In this document: positions 1 to 13,596 of the stretch, piece by piece | How the letters are laid out: each line of letters starts with the position of its first letter | Position numbering within the stretch: position 1 is the stretch's first letter | NCBI GenBank assembly: GCA_003971905.1 | Contig: RSEE01000018.1 | Span: forward strand, 124,001-188,000 | From: Moniliella sp. 'wahieum' | Lineage: Eukaryota | DNA: 64,000 bases | Reading direction: 5' to 3' | Translations under genes and position numbers: made by a program | The notes under the pieces: model-generated | What the model was told of the DNA's origin: nothing | Database searches by the model: none | The model's input: the letters and a program-made list of their open reading frames with translations, nothing else

Positions 1-368
1 ACATTCCATTCCGGCTCTCAGGACACGCGATGCGTAGGCAGGGCCATGTTGTCTTTTCCACACCGCCTTCTCTGCCGCCTACGGGAGAGACGGATGCGAC
101 GAAGAAGAAGCGAACAGATGGTTCGCGCACCGTCGCCTCTCGCCCTAAGTCGTCTCACCAGGCCAGGTGAGAAGTGTGGATCGTAGCTGGTTACGCGAGG
201 AGGATGGGATTGGAATGGGATTGGGGGGCGGTGCGTAGCCATCAATGGATTACGTTGTGAACCTTGGCAGGGGGGGGGATGATCGATGAAGTAGATCGGA
301 GGCGAGAGGAATCAAGGGGTTGAATGGATGGGGAGGTATTCGACGGAGGCGACGCGTGTGTGCCCGGG

Positions 369-1629
369 TTACGAGTCGGCACCGAGTGCTTGGGCAATAT
401 CCTTTTCGCTGTACGCGGGCGGGGCGTCCGTGGGCAGCGGAGCGGAGGAGGCGGGGGCAGGAGCCGAAGGAGGCCGATGGGTGAGGTCCCCAGCACCGCC
501 GTCCTTCCCAACGGTAGTGGACTGTGCCATCCCGTGGCCAGCGCGCCGGCTGCCGTGGTCGAGGAAGAAGAAGAAGAAGAGGGGGGGGCAAGTGCAGGGG
601 TGGGTGGTGCGTGTTGTTGTTGGGCTACTGCGTGCTGACGCTTTTCCAAGTCGTGCGCCAGCATAGCCGCTCCGACACGGTTGGAGATGCTTAAGGCAAT
701 GCCTAGGAGCGGGATGCGTTCCAGAAACGCGCACATGAACCCGAAACTGCTCAGGGACCTCCTGCGCTCGGTGAGGAAGAGTTCGACCTGCGTCTTGGTC
801 ATTTTTCTGTGCGAAAAAGGGCGTGAGCAGTTGCTGGGCATAGGAGGCCGATTGAAAGTACGACGAGACGGCCATGGAGAGACAAGGAATAAAGTCCAAC
901 GGCAAGAGAATGACTGTGGAACGACCGACGACCGACGCATCGCATATACCCTGGTTAGTGATGAATCCAAAGATGCCCTGCCCAACTAATCTTGCCCAAC
1001 CCACCAAAAGGCATTATCATGGACACCGTTCCCGCTTGGGTAGGGCAAACGAGCTCAGGAGAGAAAACGTACAACGGACAAAGACGCGCTGGAACAGCTT
1101 GTTCTGCAACCGGTTCGACAATGGTTGCTTGGCAAACAAGGCCTGAGCCTCGGCCAGAGGCGGGTTGGCCCATTCTTCCACATAGGGAATCCACCACGTT
1201 GTGGCATACCCGCGCGAAGCTACCGTCGCACCGTACGCCTCGGTACGGAATTGGCGCAGCCGACGGCCCATGACCAGTTCCAGGATGGTCTGGCATTGGC
1301 CCAAGAGGAAGAGGAAGGCGGCAAAGGTGGTGAGGGAAGGCAGCGGGAGGATCTGGGCATGGTCCTCTGCTTCTTCCTCGGCATGGACAAAGAGATAATA
1401 CAGCCCGCGCATGCCCAGCACACGAGCGCTGCCGTGCATAAAGTGGTTGACGAGGAACTTTTGCACGGGCCACGTCACCAACGCCCAAATCGACGCCACC
1501 ACCGCACCCGCCGCAGCAAGGGCTGGATGGAGGTCCACATGGGCTGCCACAGCAGGTCGGATCGTGCGCCAAGCGATACGCTCCGACAAAGGGGTAGACC
1601 GCAGGGATGTGAAGGAATTCTTGGGGCAT
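369..1629 (-). CDS. EI24/RRT8-like multi-pass membrane protein (stitched across frameshifts)
   Basis: Stitched peptides: MPQEFLHIPAVYPFVGAYRLAHDP, hydrophobic TTFAAFLFLLGQCQTILELVMG and C-terminal LFLTERRRSLSSFGFMCAFLERIPLLGIALSISNRVGAAMLAHDLEK, which resembles fungal EI24-domain proteins. Stop at 369-371. Confidence 0.6.
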
Positions 1630-2509
1630 CCTGGGATATGCTCTTGGTGGTCTTAGCCACAGTTGGCTTGGGAGCAAAGCAAAGGGGTTAAGGAGGTGGA
1701 GGCAAGGACGCGGGAATTGAGGGCGGGTAGGAGGGTAATAAGCAACAGAAATCCGTTGCGCTGTCCACGACGAGAGTCTCTTGCGTATCATGCATTGCGT
1801 TCAAGTGTCCCGCGAGAAGAAAACTCAGAGTCATTATAGGCGTGAGACAAAGGTAATATAGGATGTGCCTGCCGGCCTGCCGTGTCTGTGCCACCGGACG
1901 AGCGTGTTCTGTTGGGTTTTTTGGTGGCAGTGCGCGCGGGCACGGCGAAGGCAGGGGTTCCGCTGGTGGGGACAGAGGGACAGCGTAGCGCACTAGTAGG
2001 TACCTACTTTACTGGTCCTGAGATGCAGATGGCTGTGCCCTCGGCCAAATCTACGTGGACCAGGCTGCTAGTCCGCGGGGGTGCGCGGCCTGCGCGCCGT
2101 TGGACCGGCCGGCGGATGGAGCTGCTCGCCCAGGATCCAAACAAGTTTCAAGCTCCCAACATCGACATCGAAGATCCCGTGTTTCGTCCCACACTCGCCA
2201 CGACATGGTGTCACGTTGTAGTGCGTGAGATGTGAGATCAGAGATCAGCTTGGGAGGGTTGCCAGCGCGCCGTGCAGGCTACATGTTACATTGTTACCAC
2301 CGCATCCGGCTTAAGGGGGTTGCGAGCTCCATTGGCATGCTCGGCGCACTACGTCACCAACCGCATAGCCACTCTCAGGTCTCGCGTCTTGCGTCTTACG
2401 CCGCTCCATTCAGACGTTCCGATCTTGCAACCACACCCTATGTCATGCCCTGCTTATGCGCCACAAGGTGGTGAGATGGAGAATGGGGAGTTGGGATTGG
2501 CAGACCAAA

Positions 2510-2706
2510 CGAGAAGGAAAAGGAAAGGGAAAGAAAGGACAGAGGAAAGGAAAGAGGAAAGGAAAGAGGAAAGGACAGGAAAGGAAAGGAAAGGAAAGAG
2601 GATAGGAAAGAGGATAGGAAAGAGGATAGGATAGCATAAGGAAGGATAAGATAGAGAGAGGATCGGATAGGATAGGATAGGATAGGATAGGATAGGACAG
2701 GATAGG
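2510..2706 (+). repeat. Purine-rich compound microsatellite, (GGAAA)n grading into (GGATA)n
   Basis: Directly visible: ggaaaggaaagaggaaaggaaagagg...ggataggataggataggatag. Confidence 0.9.
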
Positions 2707-5700
2707 CAGAGGGGGTATGGTATGGTCCCCGGCACAGCCTGCCCGCGCACCTGCCGGCGCAGCGCCCAGATCGAGGACCCAGGAACGACGACGAGGAGGA
2801 AGCAACGTCCATCTCGGCTGGCTTCTCTCGTGTGCGCCCTTCGTCGCCCAGCGGGGCGCGGGGATGCGGACCACGAGACTTAGTACGCGCGACGACGCGC
2901 TCGGCGGGTTACCAGAACGTCGCCCCTGGTCCGAATTGGTCGAGACGACAGGGAGAGCGGGTGGGCAAAGTCGCGGAACGCAGAGGGCGGTGGGGCGGGA
3001 AGACTGTGAGGACGGGGAGGAAGAGCCAGGCGCGGCGGGGACCACACCAGCTGCAGGAGCTGTAGCCGCGTCAGGCGCGGTACGTGGCGCCTGAGTCTGA
3101 GTCGGGATCTGGGTCTGAGTCTGGGTCTGGGGCTGAGTCTGGAGCTGAGTCTGGGTCTGGGACTGGGTCTGGGCGGGCGCACGACCGGACGCAGCGTAAG
3201 TCCAGAGCGTATCGGGGAACCGACCGGGCGGGGCCCAACGTCGATCGACGTACTTGTAGATCCAAAACAAGTCGGCTTCCCTTTGCTCGGGCGAGGGGCC
3301 GGGGCCGGGTCGAGGTCGCGTTTGCGCGCGGGGCTGGCCGCGATGCGCGGTGGCTTGAGCGCCTGCGGCGACGCGGGCGACCGCCCGCGCGCAGGAGAGA
3401 TGGCTCGGTGCGTGCTCGACCCGACTGAGGACGGGGGGGGCGCACGGCAAAGCCGCTCCCAAGCGCCGGTAGCACGTTGGACCCTCCCCCCAAGGTATGT
3501 GCCGCTCCTGGCCCAGGCACCGACGCCGGCACCGACGCCGGCGCCGGTTCCTGCTCCTCCGCCGAGGCATCGCGTCGAAGAAAGGTTCGTCGATCGAGGA
3601 CGGTCACCGCCCTCTTTCGCCACCCGCTCGAGGTGACGCGGATGCAGATGCTGAAGGTGCTGGACGACAGCCTGGTGCGCCCGGTGCGCATGGTTGGACC
3701 GATGCGATCTTGTGGTTCAGTGCCTGCGGCTCCAACGTTGTTGCCAGCGGTGAGGTGGGCACCGATCCGCCAAGCGACTGGTTGTGCCCGATGTGGACGG
3801 GGAGGTGGAGCCACCGCCCGCGGGCGGAAGGCGCGACAACGGGGTGAGAGCTCATCGCCTGCGACACTACATTGTTGCATTGCAGAGGGCGCATGCCTTA
3901 AAACTGGGGCGGAGCCGCATACTCCCAGTACGCGTTGGCGCGCACATTGCCCCAATCCCGTGCCGCCGCCGCCTGTGGCTCGGTCCAGGCGTCCAAGTCG
4001 AGACTCTGACCTTACTCACATGCACACCCAGCGCACGGTGAACCGAGGTGCACTGGATACAGAGAAAGATGCAGCCAAGGCTGCTCAAATAGCGACCACG
4101 AAGCCCAGCGCGGATCTGAAAAGTAAGTGAACGCGAGCTCGGGTCAGCATCCACCCCAGTAGGAGCAGGGCAACAGAGGGGGGGCAGGGAGGGGGGGGCA
4201 CGTACTAGGGGCTTGGCATCGGCACAAAGTCGGTTTTCAGGCAACTGGGCCAGAGCCCTTACTTCTGCAGCGTAATCCACCGGGGGTGGAGGCGTTGAAT
4301 TCGACGCTGGGACTGCGAAAGGCGGCGGAGGGGTGGGGAGGTGCGCGATGGGGGATACGTAAAGAGAGGACGCGGGGAAGGATCCATCTTGGCTGGGTGA
4401 TACCACGGCCTCGGTCGAGGGGGCCCAGTGGGAGGACGTAGTCACCGCCATGTCCGACATGGCAGAGGGGATACTGACGCTCGAACCAGCAGTGGCCGTT
4501 GTGGCTGGAGGCACGTCCGAGCAATGCATCACGTTGCTCGCTGAGCTCAAGCCGGGGAAGAACGGTCGAGGCTACTTGTCAAGGAGCCTGTGTGGCCCGG
4601 CCTGATCCCCAATTCCCCGTCGCCCGATTCGGAGCCATCGGTGGCACTTGTTTGGGATAGCGCTGATGCGGCGGGGACAACCGAGGCCTCGTCCATTGGC
4701 GTGCCTTCCTTCCGGGAGGGGAGGTTTGAGCAGAGCATCTGCAATTCCCTCGCGAATCGCTTCAACCCACTCGGCTAAATCGGTCGCGTCGCGCGGCAGT
4801 AGTATGAAGCGGCGGTCATTGAGTGAAACTAGCTCAAACACGTGGCCCCGGGAGCGATGCGAGTGGCGCAAGAGGCGACTTGGGGAAAGCTTGGACGTAT
4901 GGCCTTGATGTTGCTTGGCCGAGCCGCCACAGGTCGTTGGGGAACAGAGGAGGGACAGGATGCACACATCCGCCAGGGGCACGGCATTCAATGATTCCTG
5001 TAGCGCGGCGCACTGAGCGGAAAGCGGCTGGTTGCCCCCTCACCGACTTGAAGGTGTCTGGTGCAATGTGTTGGAGGGAAGGTTGGTGCTGCGACCCCGC
5101 TCCGCCAGCAGGAACACCAGGGATGCGGATGGTGGTATGATGAGCGGCAGTTCGTCGACCAAAATGTCCTCCGTGTGGTGGGCCTTGGGCGGTTTGGGGC
5201 CCTGCGATTGACGCTGATTCCGCACGGCATTCCTCCGATCTTGCTCTGACGGGGCGGGGCAAGACCCGTGTAGAGAAAGAGCGACTCGGGGCCCAGCTCC
5301 ATCCAGCAAGGGCGCCAGGCCGATTCCTTAAATAGTTCCGTCGGCCAGTCCTTGTTGCCACGAAAGGTAAGCGACCGTTGCCAACAGGCATGCGCATTTA
5401 CGCGAGATTGAATCATGCCCTTTTGGTCCCCAGTGCCTTGGGCCGGCAACGAGAAAGGCGCCGAGGTGGACGAGTCGGGAGTCCGACTCGAATTGGGGTG
5501 AACCAAGCGTGAGGGGGCGGAGACAACCAGAGCCTCGGGGTTAAAAAGTGCTCGGAAGGCGTGGGGTGGTGGAAGATGCGTGGGAGGGACGGGCAGAAGC
5601 GGAGGAGAAAGATCCCATTGTTGGAGGCGAAGCGGGCGTACCATTGGCCACGGCGGGGCCAGCGCGCAGAGTGGGTGCAGATGAGCCTCCGATGCGAATG

Positions 5701-6564
5701 GGAGTTGCCGTTGACTCGGACAGACGCGGGGTGCAATCATCCGAAGTGGAAGGCTGGTGATGGGCAGACGCGCTGTGGTTGTGCGGGTGTGATGCCGAGG
5801 ACGGCGCGGCGGACACGGGGGCAGCGGGGTCGCGAGAGGTGGAGTGGAGTGGGAGCGGGGAGAAAAGACCCAGCGGGGACGCATATCGAGGGAGGCACGA
5901 GAAAAGCGAAAGGCGGAGGAGCCGGCGGTGCCGAACTCCGAGTTGGCATGCGACGCGTGCGAAGGACGGCGGAGAGGAGGCACAGACGGGCGGGCTGCAT
6001 CCTCCTCGTGCGCGCCCGCCTGCGGGATCATGCTGGCGGAGGAGGAGGACCAGGGGCGGGTGAAGAAGGGGCGCGACACGTCGGAAGAGCGGCGGAGACT
6101 GAAGCGTGCGGACGACCCCCCGGCCGCAGAGAGGGGGCGGAAGCGGCGGCGGGAAAGGGCGTACGATGGGCGGGAGCAGAGGCGGCTGGTGGTGGCACGT
6201 CGAGCTCCTCGGTGTGCTCGGCGGGGAGGGCGCGGGGGTTGTGCCGGAGGCGCGGGTGCGAGGGGTGAAGAGGGCCAGCAGACGGCGTGGGCGGCGGGGC
6301 AGGCGTGGATCGGATGCGGGGGAGGCAGTCGGCATGGATGGGTCCAGGGCGGGCGCAGGTGCGGGCGACTGGGGCGGGAGGGCGGGGGGCGCGGGCGCGG
6401 GGCCGCAAGCGGGAGCGGGAGCGGGCGGGGGGCGCATCCTGCGTGGTGGGTGCGGGTGCGGGCGGTGGCGATGGCGGCGGCGCGGGGAGGGCGGCGGCAG
6501 GCCAGGGCCGGGGCGCGGTGGGGTAGGCGGGGACGCTGTCGAGGCCCAGGGCGGGGGCAGACAT
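2700..6564 (-). CDS. PH-domain plus ArfGAP-domain protein (centaurin/AGE-like); both ends approximate
   Basis: PH-like segments WRPCWMELGPESLFLY and HVFELVSLNDRRFILLPRDATDLAEWVEAIREGI. ArfGAP signature LPENRLCAD...IFLCIQCTSVHRALGVHVSKVR...WGNVRANAYWE...FWIYKYVDRRW. Putative start MSAPALGLDS at 6564. Confidence 0.75.
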
Positions 6565-7170
6565 GGCCGACGCAGGAAAGAGCAACGGCAGGCTGCGTCC
6601 GCAGCTCTGTCTGTCTGCAGAGTGGTGGTGGGAACGCAGCCGAACCGGCCGCGGCCGGCGGCTGCTGCCGTGCGCCTCCACCTGCCCGCGAAAGCCACCG
6701 CACCCGCACCGCACCCGTGCCGCGCCCGGCGCCCGCCGCACCCACGCACCGCGCCGCACTCCTGCCCCGCGCCTCCTTGCAGCCTGTCTCCCTGCAGCTG
6801 CCTCCCTGCAGCTGCCTCCCTGCAGCCTCGGCCACGCGTGACTAGTGACTGTCAACGGTGGGCCGCCGCCAACCGCGAGGCCGCCACTACTCACTGGATG
6901 CTGCTGCTGCCAGGACCAGGAGCAGGACGCGCTGACGCGTGACACTGGAGCCCAGCGTGCGATCCGAGGTACGCGCCTGGCGCCGCGCCCGTCTGCCAGG
7001 CTCCCGGCGGTCTGCCGCAGCCACGCCACCGCACGGCAGCGCACTGCGTGCGCTGGCCTGGGTGACCGATGGCCAGGCATGCGGCGTGACGCGGACGCAT
7101 CACACGTTCGGGGGGTCCGCGCTCGGCCGTCGGCGCGCCCAGCGGCTGACATGCATGACAGGCACCCGGG

Positions 7171-7212
7171 CTTGTGCTTGTGCTTGTGCTTGTGCTTGTG
7201 CTTGTGCTTGTG
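7171..7212 (+). repeat. (CTTGTG)7 hexanucleotide microsatellite
   Basis: Seven direct copies are visible. Confidence 0.95.
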
Positions 7213-8815
7213 GCTCCCCGCTGCCGCCGTGCTGCAGGAGCGCGTGGGCCTGGCGGGGAGCGCTCAGGCTGAGCGCTGAGCAGAGACGCGTGACGTGGTT
7301 TCTTTGTGGATTTTTCCTGGGCTGTCGCATGCAGCTTGCAGGCCGCCCAGCGCAGCCTGGCGATCGGGCAGGCTGCGTGTTCTGGGGTCTGGGCCGCCCA
7401 CGCTGCATCACATGTCACATGTCACACGTCACCCAGGGGCCTTGGCCCACATCACCCACCGGCGCGCACGTGCAGCATCGCCCTCCTTCCGAATCCCTAT
7501 TGAATCGCCACGCCCGCCCACATCCGCACCCGCCGGCGGGCTGCGTCCGGACGACGTCAGAGGCCTCTGGGTGCTCAGTCAGCGCCTGCCACCACGCATC
7601 CGCCGCACCCATGCCGAACCACAGCCCTCCCATTCACCAATTCATCCCCCAGGCGCATCATGCCGGCCCCGCCCCCGCGCGGGATGGGTGTGGGGGACGG
7701 GTGTGAGAACGCTGAGCGTACTGAGTACTGAACGTTGAATGACGTTGATGCCACGCCGCCACCGCCGCTCTGACGTCGCAGCCTGAGGCCTGCCGTATCC
7801 GCCGTCTCAGCCCTCCGCCTCCGCCCTCAGCTTGGCCGCCGAGGTGAGTGGGTCAGTGCGGACCTCAGCACTCCTCAGGCTGAGTCGGAGTTGCACTCAA
7901 CCTCCAGCGTTTGACGTCCAACGTCCATTGTGTTCACCCTCCTGATGGTCACAACGACGAGCGCACAGGTGGGACGTTCCAGGGCCACAATGTCTCCACC
8001 TCCGCCTCCCGATCCCCCCGCCCGGCCGCCGCAGGGATCGAGGGTATCCGGCCTAGGGATAAGTCCTCGATGAGGTCGATGAGGGCCGCCGCTAGCTTGA
8101 CGCCACAGGGAGCAGCGCAATGCAGGATCCATGCCGGTGCGTGAGGTGGCGGGCGTGCATCAGCAGCTGTAGAACTGCTGCGGTGGAATGCAATTCACCC
8201 TTCTTTTCCTGCCTCGATCGATATCTGCCGTCCCCACCCTCAAGCCTAAGTCTACTAGTAGTACCGAGGGCCCGTTCCGTCACATGCTCCATCCCAGCCT
8301 CGGCGAGGATGAATAATACTAGAGAACTAGAGACCCTTGCTTGCTCTTGCAGCCACTGTCACAGTCGTTGTCCAAAGTCCAAATCCTGTTTCCTGACTGC
8401 TGTCAACTAGTCACTGCTTCCGCCCCTTTCGTCCTGCCACCTTCCCATATGGCATACGGCTCGACAGGTATGGCCAGTAAGGTCATTCAACAACTTCTAC
8501 CTTGAGCTTCAGTGTGCTTCGCACGCCGCTCTCGTCCTTCTATACCACGCATTCCACCCCCCTTTTCCCACACGCCGAGGGGGGGCAGCACAGTTGAAGA
8601 CTAGACAATATAATGCCACATTGGACTCTACCGAATTGACCCTAGGAACCCCACGCGCCAACGCATCCTCTCAGTTCCACCATGCAACCAACCAGCCAAC
8701 CAGACAACCAGACAACCAGAGAGAAGAGGGCAATCCAAAACGCAGAGACAACGATCTATTCAGAGCAGGCCAACCGAGGCCGTCGGGGAGTTAGGAAGGG
8801 GCAGTCGTAATGGAA

Positions 8816-11800
8816 TCAAGCGTGGTAATCAAACGCGGTAAGCACCTCGGCGTCTTTGGCGGTCAACTGGTCTGTGCGTGGGCGCACGGTGGCCTTTTGG
8901 GTGCGCACGAGGCTGGTGGGCGAGGGTGGGCGGGGGCGGGTTCATCGCCTGTGCCTCGGCGAGGGAGACGGTCTGCGCCTGGTACGAGGAAAAGACCGGG
9001 GTGGTAGTTTGGCGCGCAATCGACGCCTTCATCAGCATCTTCATCCAACTCTGTACCACCCCCGGGTTTTCCGAGCTGAAACTGTGCACCACCTTGGCGC
9101 CTGTTGTCGGGTCGGTGTGGATCACCTTCAGGCCATAGTAGCCCGCATGCACCGATTCGTCCGACACGACGCGCGCGCCCTTGAGCGGGATGTAGGCTTT
9201 GATCTTGGTCGCCTCCGCGTCGCGCAGCACCACCAGATCCGCTCCTTTCACAGCCAAGTAGCGCGGTTTCCACACCGCATACCGCTCCCCGCGCTTCTTC
9301 ATCCACCCTTCATAGTCGACCGGACGGATGCGCGCCATGACCTTGGCCGTGCCGTCGTGCGCGGCAGGCACAGCCATCGACCCTGCCGCCCCACTCTCCA
9401 CGCCATTCGACACCCCCACCGGCTCAACCACGGGGGGCAACGGCGATCCGGCCTTGGTCGCCTGACCCGCGGCCCCAGGCCCGCCCAAGCGTTTGGGAAT
9501 CAAGCGAGCAAGCGCCTTGTCGCCCCGGAGGGAGCGACGGCCAAACAGGCTGGACGAACGCTCGTCGCGCGCAGCGGGCGACAGCGGCGCTAGCGGCACC
9601 AGCGGCACAGTCGGCACAGTCGGCACAGTCGGCGACGTAGGCAACGATCCACCAGACGGCTGCGTTGGCACACTCGCGCCTGCTGCGCTCACGCCGGGAG
9701 CAGCGCTGAGGTTACGCTCGTGCTGCAGCGCAGCCTCCTGCTCAGCCTCGGCCTCTCTCCGCGCCCACGCGGGCAGGTTGGAGGGCAACTCGGTAGAGCG
9801 GGTGTGCTGGTGCCGGTGCCGCACGGCAGGCGCGGCCACGGCCGCCACTCCTGCCCCTGCCCCCGCCGCCCCCACTGAGAACACCCGGCTCGGAAGTGGA
9901 TGTGACAGAAGCCTCGGTGGGGTGGGTGGAGCTCGACTCGGCAGCCACGGCCGACGAGGGGGCCGAAACGTGGCCCACCGGACTGGCGGCGGACGAAGCG
10001 TAGGGATTGGACAGGTGCGTCGGCTCCACTGGCGTCGCGTTTTTCTCCGTAGGAGCAGAGGCAGGGACCGCAGCGCGGCAGAGGTCGAAACAGGAATGGG
10101 AGCCGACGTAGGAACAGAAGCGGGGGAGGAAACGGAGGCAGAGACGGGGGGGGAAGTAGAAAACGGAATAGGAAGAGGAGGGAGCAGAAGCGGGAGCGGA
10201 GCGGGGGCGGGAGCGGGGGCGGGAGGGGGCGGGAACGGGAACGGATCTGGGAGCCGGGACGGGAGCCGGAGCCATAACCGGAACCGGAGCGGGTGCGGGG
10301 GCGGGTGCGGGTGCAGAAGCAGGAACCGAAGCTGGAGCTACAGGTTCTTCATACGGGTTGGGCAGCAGCTCGGTTTGGACGGGTTTGGCCCAGGTTGGAG
10401 TTGCGCTGGTGGGCAGGGAGGTGAGGGAAGCGGGAGAGGCGGGCGAGGCCGCTGCGCGCTGCGCGTAGCCCAATGGGACAGCCTGGGTATGGGACTTGTT
10501 GCTCCCCCAAGACGGTTGGTGACCGGGGTGCACAGGAGCGGGCGCAACGACCGAGTACGTGCCGAGGGGGGAGGCGATCGGGGCCGGGGAGGCGAGGTGG
10601 GAATACGCGTTGGTCGGCGCCGAGCCGTTGGAAGACGCGACGTGCCGCTCGGGAGAGTGGATCGAGCTCGTTTGACGAGTATGGTGGGTTGGACTGCTGC
10701 TCCCCGTCGCGGTCCAGAGCGGAGCGGGCGTGGCAGGCGTCGCGGGCACATGGCTCCCCGTCCAACTGCGATCGGCCTCGGAAGGAGCACGACGCAGCTC
10801 CCCAATGGCCACAGCAATCTTGTGGCGGGCACCAAAGGTCTTGATGTCAATCTCCTTGAGCATATTGATATCCATGTCGAGCAGCACGTCGCCCGAAATC
10901 TGTTGCTCAGCAAATTTGGATACAATCGACCCTTCATCCCACCCTTTCGCACGAGCCCATTGGCACACCTGTGCCACCGACCAATCCACCGGGTCGCCAG
11001 GGGGAATGGTTGCCACTGGCGAGTAAGCCATTCGGGTTGGGCCATGGGACACTGTCGATGCAAAGGAGTGCTCGGGCAGATCCCGTTCGTGCACCGATGA
11101 CGCGACGGATGGGGTGCGCACCGAGGCTGAGCGCCGCGAGGAAGCCAGCGGAGGGGTGGTGTGCGAAACAGGAGCCACTGCCACAGGAGGGGTGGGACAG
11201 GACGAGATGCGGCAACCGGAGGCTGGACAAAGGAGGCGCTGGCTGGCGGAACAGACGGGGGGGCTTGCTCTATGTCCCGATGATACTGGTCCGCGGGAGG
11301 CTCAGGCTGTTGGGAAATAAGAGTCGAGCCCGAGGGAGGAAGCTGACGGGAAGCCGAAGGCTGCGGTGAGGTCTGCAGCTGTGGCTGCTGCTGCTGCTGC
11401 TGCTCCTGCGGCTGCCGCCGGGACGGTGTCTGCGTCTGAGACGCCACCTGGGCCGGAAGCGTGGTCACCGTCGCGAGCGTAGAGCTGGAGAAGAGAGGCG
11501 GAGTAGGGGGGGGTAGGCGGCAGCAGGCTGGGAAGCGGGTTGGACGACTTGGGGATGAGGTGTGGTAGCCTGGAGGCCATTCAAGCCGGAAAGGTGATTC
11601 TTGTCCTCGTCATCCGATTCGTCCGACAACTCCATCCCGTCCAGAGCCATCGACAGCCGCGCCGGGTCATCCGTGCTCGTGCTCACCCGCCCGCGCGACG
11701 CCCAGGTTTGTCTCTGTGCCTCCTCCTGCTGGTGACGCTGGAGAGCCTGCGCCGTCCGACGCTCGTCGTGCAAGCGTTGTTCCTCCTGGGCCGAACGAAG

Positions 11801-12761
11801 GTTTTGCTGTGCGTTGGCCGCCAACGCCGCCCGCGCCGCGGCAAACCCATTCGGGCCTGCGTACCCAACTTCGTGCTCGTCCTCCGTCCCCGACGCATCT
11901 CCAATCGTCGAGGCCGTCTCATGGTGCGAAAAGGGCGCGGGATGGGCAAGCGGGGAAGACACTGCGGCAGAAGGTTGAGGACTCGAAATGTGATTAATCG
12001 CCGCATCAATGTCGTCCATCGTGCCGGACGCACCCATCTCGGCGACAGAGATGGATGATGGCAGTGCCGGCTGCTGAGCCTGTTGGGCAGACGCGTTGGG
12101 AAAGGAGTTACGGACGGCGGCGGTACCGACGCGGCTGCCGGCGCAGGCTCAGGTTGCGGTTCTTGCACCGCGGCAAGGCTAGGGCCAGTAGGAACAGTGG
12201 CTTTTTCCGCCGCAAGAGACGGATCCGCACGCGTACCGGGCTGGATGGCCGCCGCACCTGGAGCCTCGGCAATCGGCTGCAACGAGGAATTACCGAGTGG
12301 CCAGCGGACGACGTGAAAGACGGAATCCACCGGGAGGGAGGCGGGCCTCTGACGAAGACTCGGCGGCTGGCGCCGCGCTTTGAGGATGCGCCACCGAACC
12401 TGGCTCTTTGGCTACCTCGGGGATGGTGGGCGGCGCGGGGCCGACGCGGGGGCGGGAGCCGGAACTGGGGCGGAGGCCGGGGGTAGGCGACAGAAGAGGG
12501 GGGGCGGCTGCAGCTGCCGCAGCAGCAGCAGCTGCGGTTGATTCGACTGCGGCTTTGTTGACCAACGCAGCGTCCTTTTCGGGGGGGTGGTGAAGGAGGC
12601 CGGGAAGAGACCCGTCACGCCTTGGGGATTGGTGCCCTGCCACCAGCCGTCTTCGTACTCTTCGTCGCGTTCGAGCACCACGATGGGATCGCCGGCGCGG
12701 AAGGCGACTCGTCGGGGTTCTCGGGCTCAAAGTCGTGCAGCGCATACACCACAAGCGTCAT
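8816..12761 (-). CDS. BOI1: Boi1/Boi2/Pob1-like polarity scaffold (SH3-SAM-PH)
   Basis: N-terminal SH3 (VYALHDFEPENPDE...VLERDEEYEDGWWQGTNPQGVTGLFPASF), SAM (PVDWSVAQVCQWARAKGWDEGSIVSKFAEQQISGDVLLDMDINMLKEIDIKTFGARHKI) and C-terminal PH (DYEGWMKKRGERYAVWKPRYLAVKG...SWMKMLMKASIAR). ATG at 12761, TGA at 8816-8818. Confidence 0.85.
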
Positions 12762-13596
12762 GGTGGCGGGGGAGGGAGAGGGGGAGGAGGTAGAAGGGAG
12801 CAGGCTAGCGTGTGTTTGCTGGGCGGAGAACGTGCCGTTGAAGGTTGAAGCTTCTGCTGGCGCTCAGGCCTGACCTCAGGCTGAGTGCTTGGAGGCAGAG
12901 CAGCTGAGCTGAGCACGGGCTGACCCTGCTGACCCTGCGCACACTCAGCGCTCAGGCTCAGGGCTCAGGCGCTCAGGCCTCAGGAACGCAGTATCACGCT
13001 TCTCACCACATGTGTCATGCACTCCGCATCAGATGCATGCGTGATTGCACGAGTAATTACGAGCGTGTGTGCCCTGCTGCCCCAATCGGGTAGTCAGCCA
13101 GCACGCACAGCGGCAGTGCTTGTAGTGCTCTGACGTCACACATCGTTTGCGATAGCGTGCGAACATTGAATATCGAATGGGCTTGCAAGAGAAACTCGCA
13201 TCAGCATTCCGGACTCAAGCCAATCAAGCCATGGAGACCATGGTTGGTGGTGGTGCAGAGCAGCATCCGTCAAAAAGAGAGAAGGGACGACGGGAAGAGA
13301 GCAAGGGGATGTCAAGAAGGGGAGGTCAAGCGGTTAACGCTTAATAGCGGTGCAAGGGTCGGTGAAGCAGTCGGACAGGCGACAAACTATAATTATACGC
13401 GATGAAGATCTGTGGCAGAGAGAAGCTCCGGAGGGAATCAAAAGGCGAGGGCAGAGCAGAGAGAGAAGCAGCGAGTTAGGTGAGCAGTCAGGGTGCAATT
13501 TAAGCCAAAAGGTGGGGGAAATGAGACAGGCAACGGATGCCGTTGAGTCTCTGATACTGAAAATCCTAGACCAGTTCCGACGGAGCCGAAGGGAGG

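Noticed and set aside
5541..11100. Long plus-strand and alternative-frame ORFs overlapping the ArfGAP and Boi genes
   Set aside because: These are shadow ORFs expected at very high GC; they are Arg/Gly/Pro-rich and have no domain motifs.
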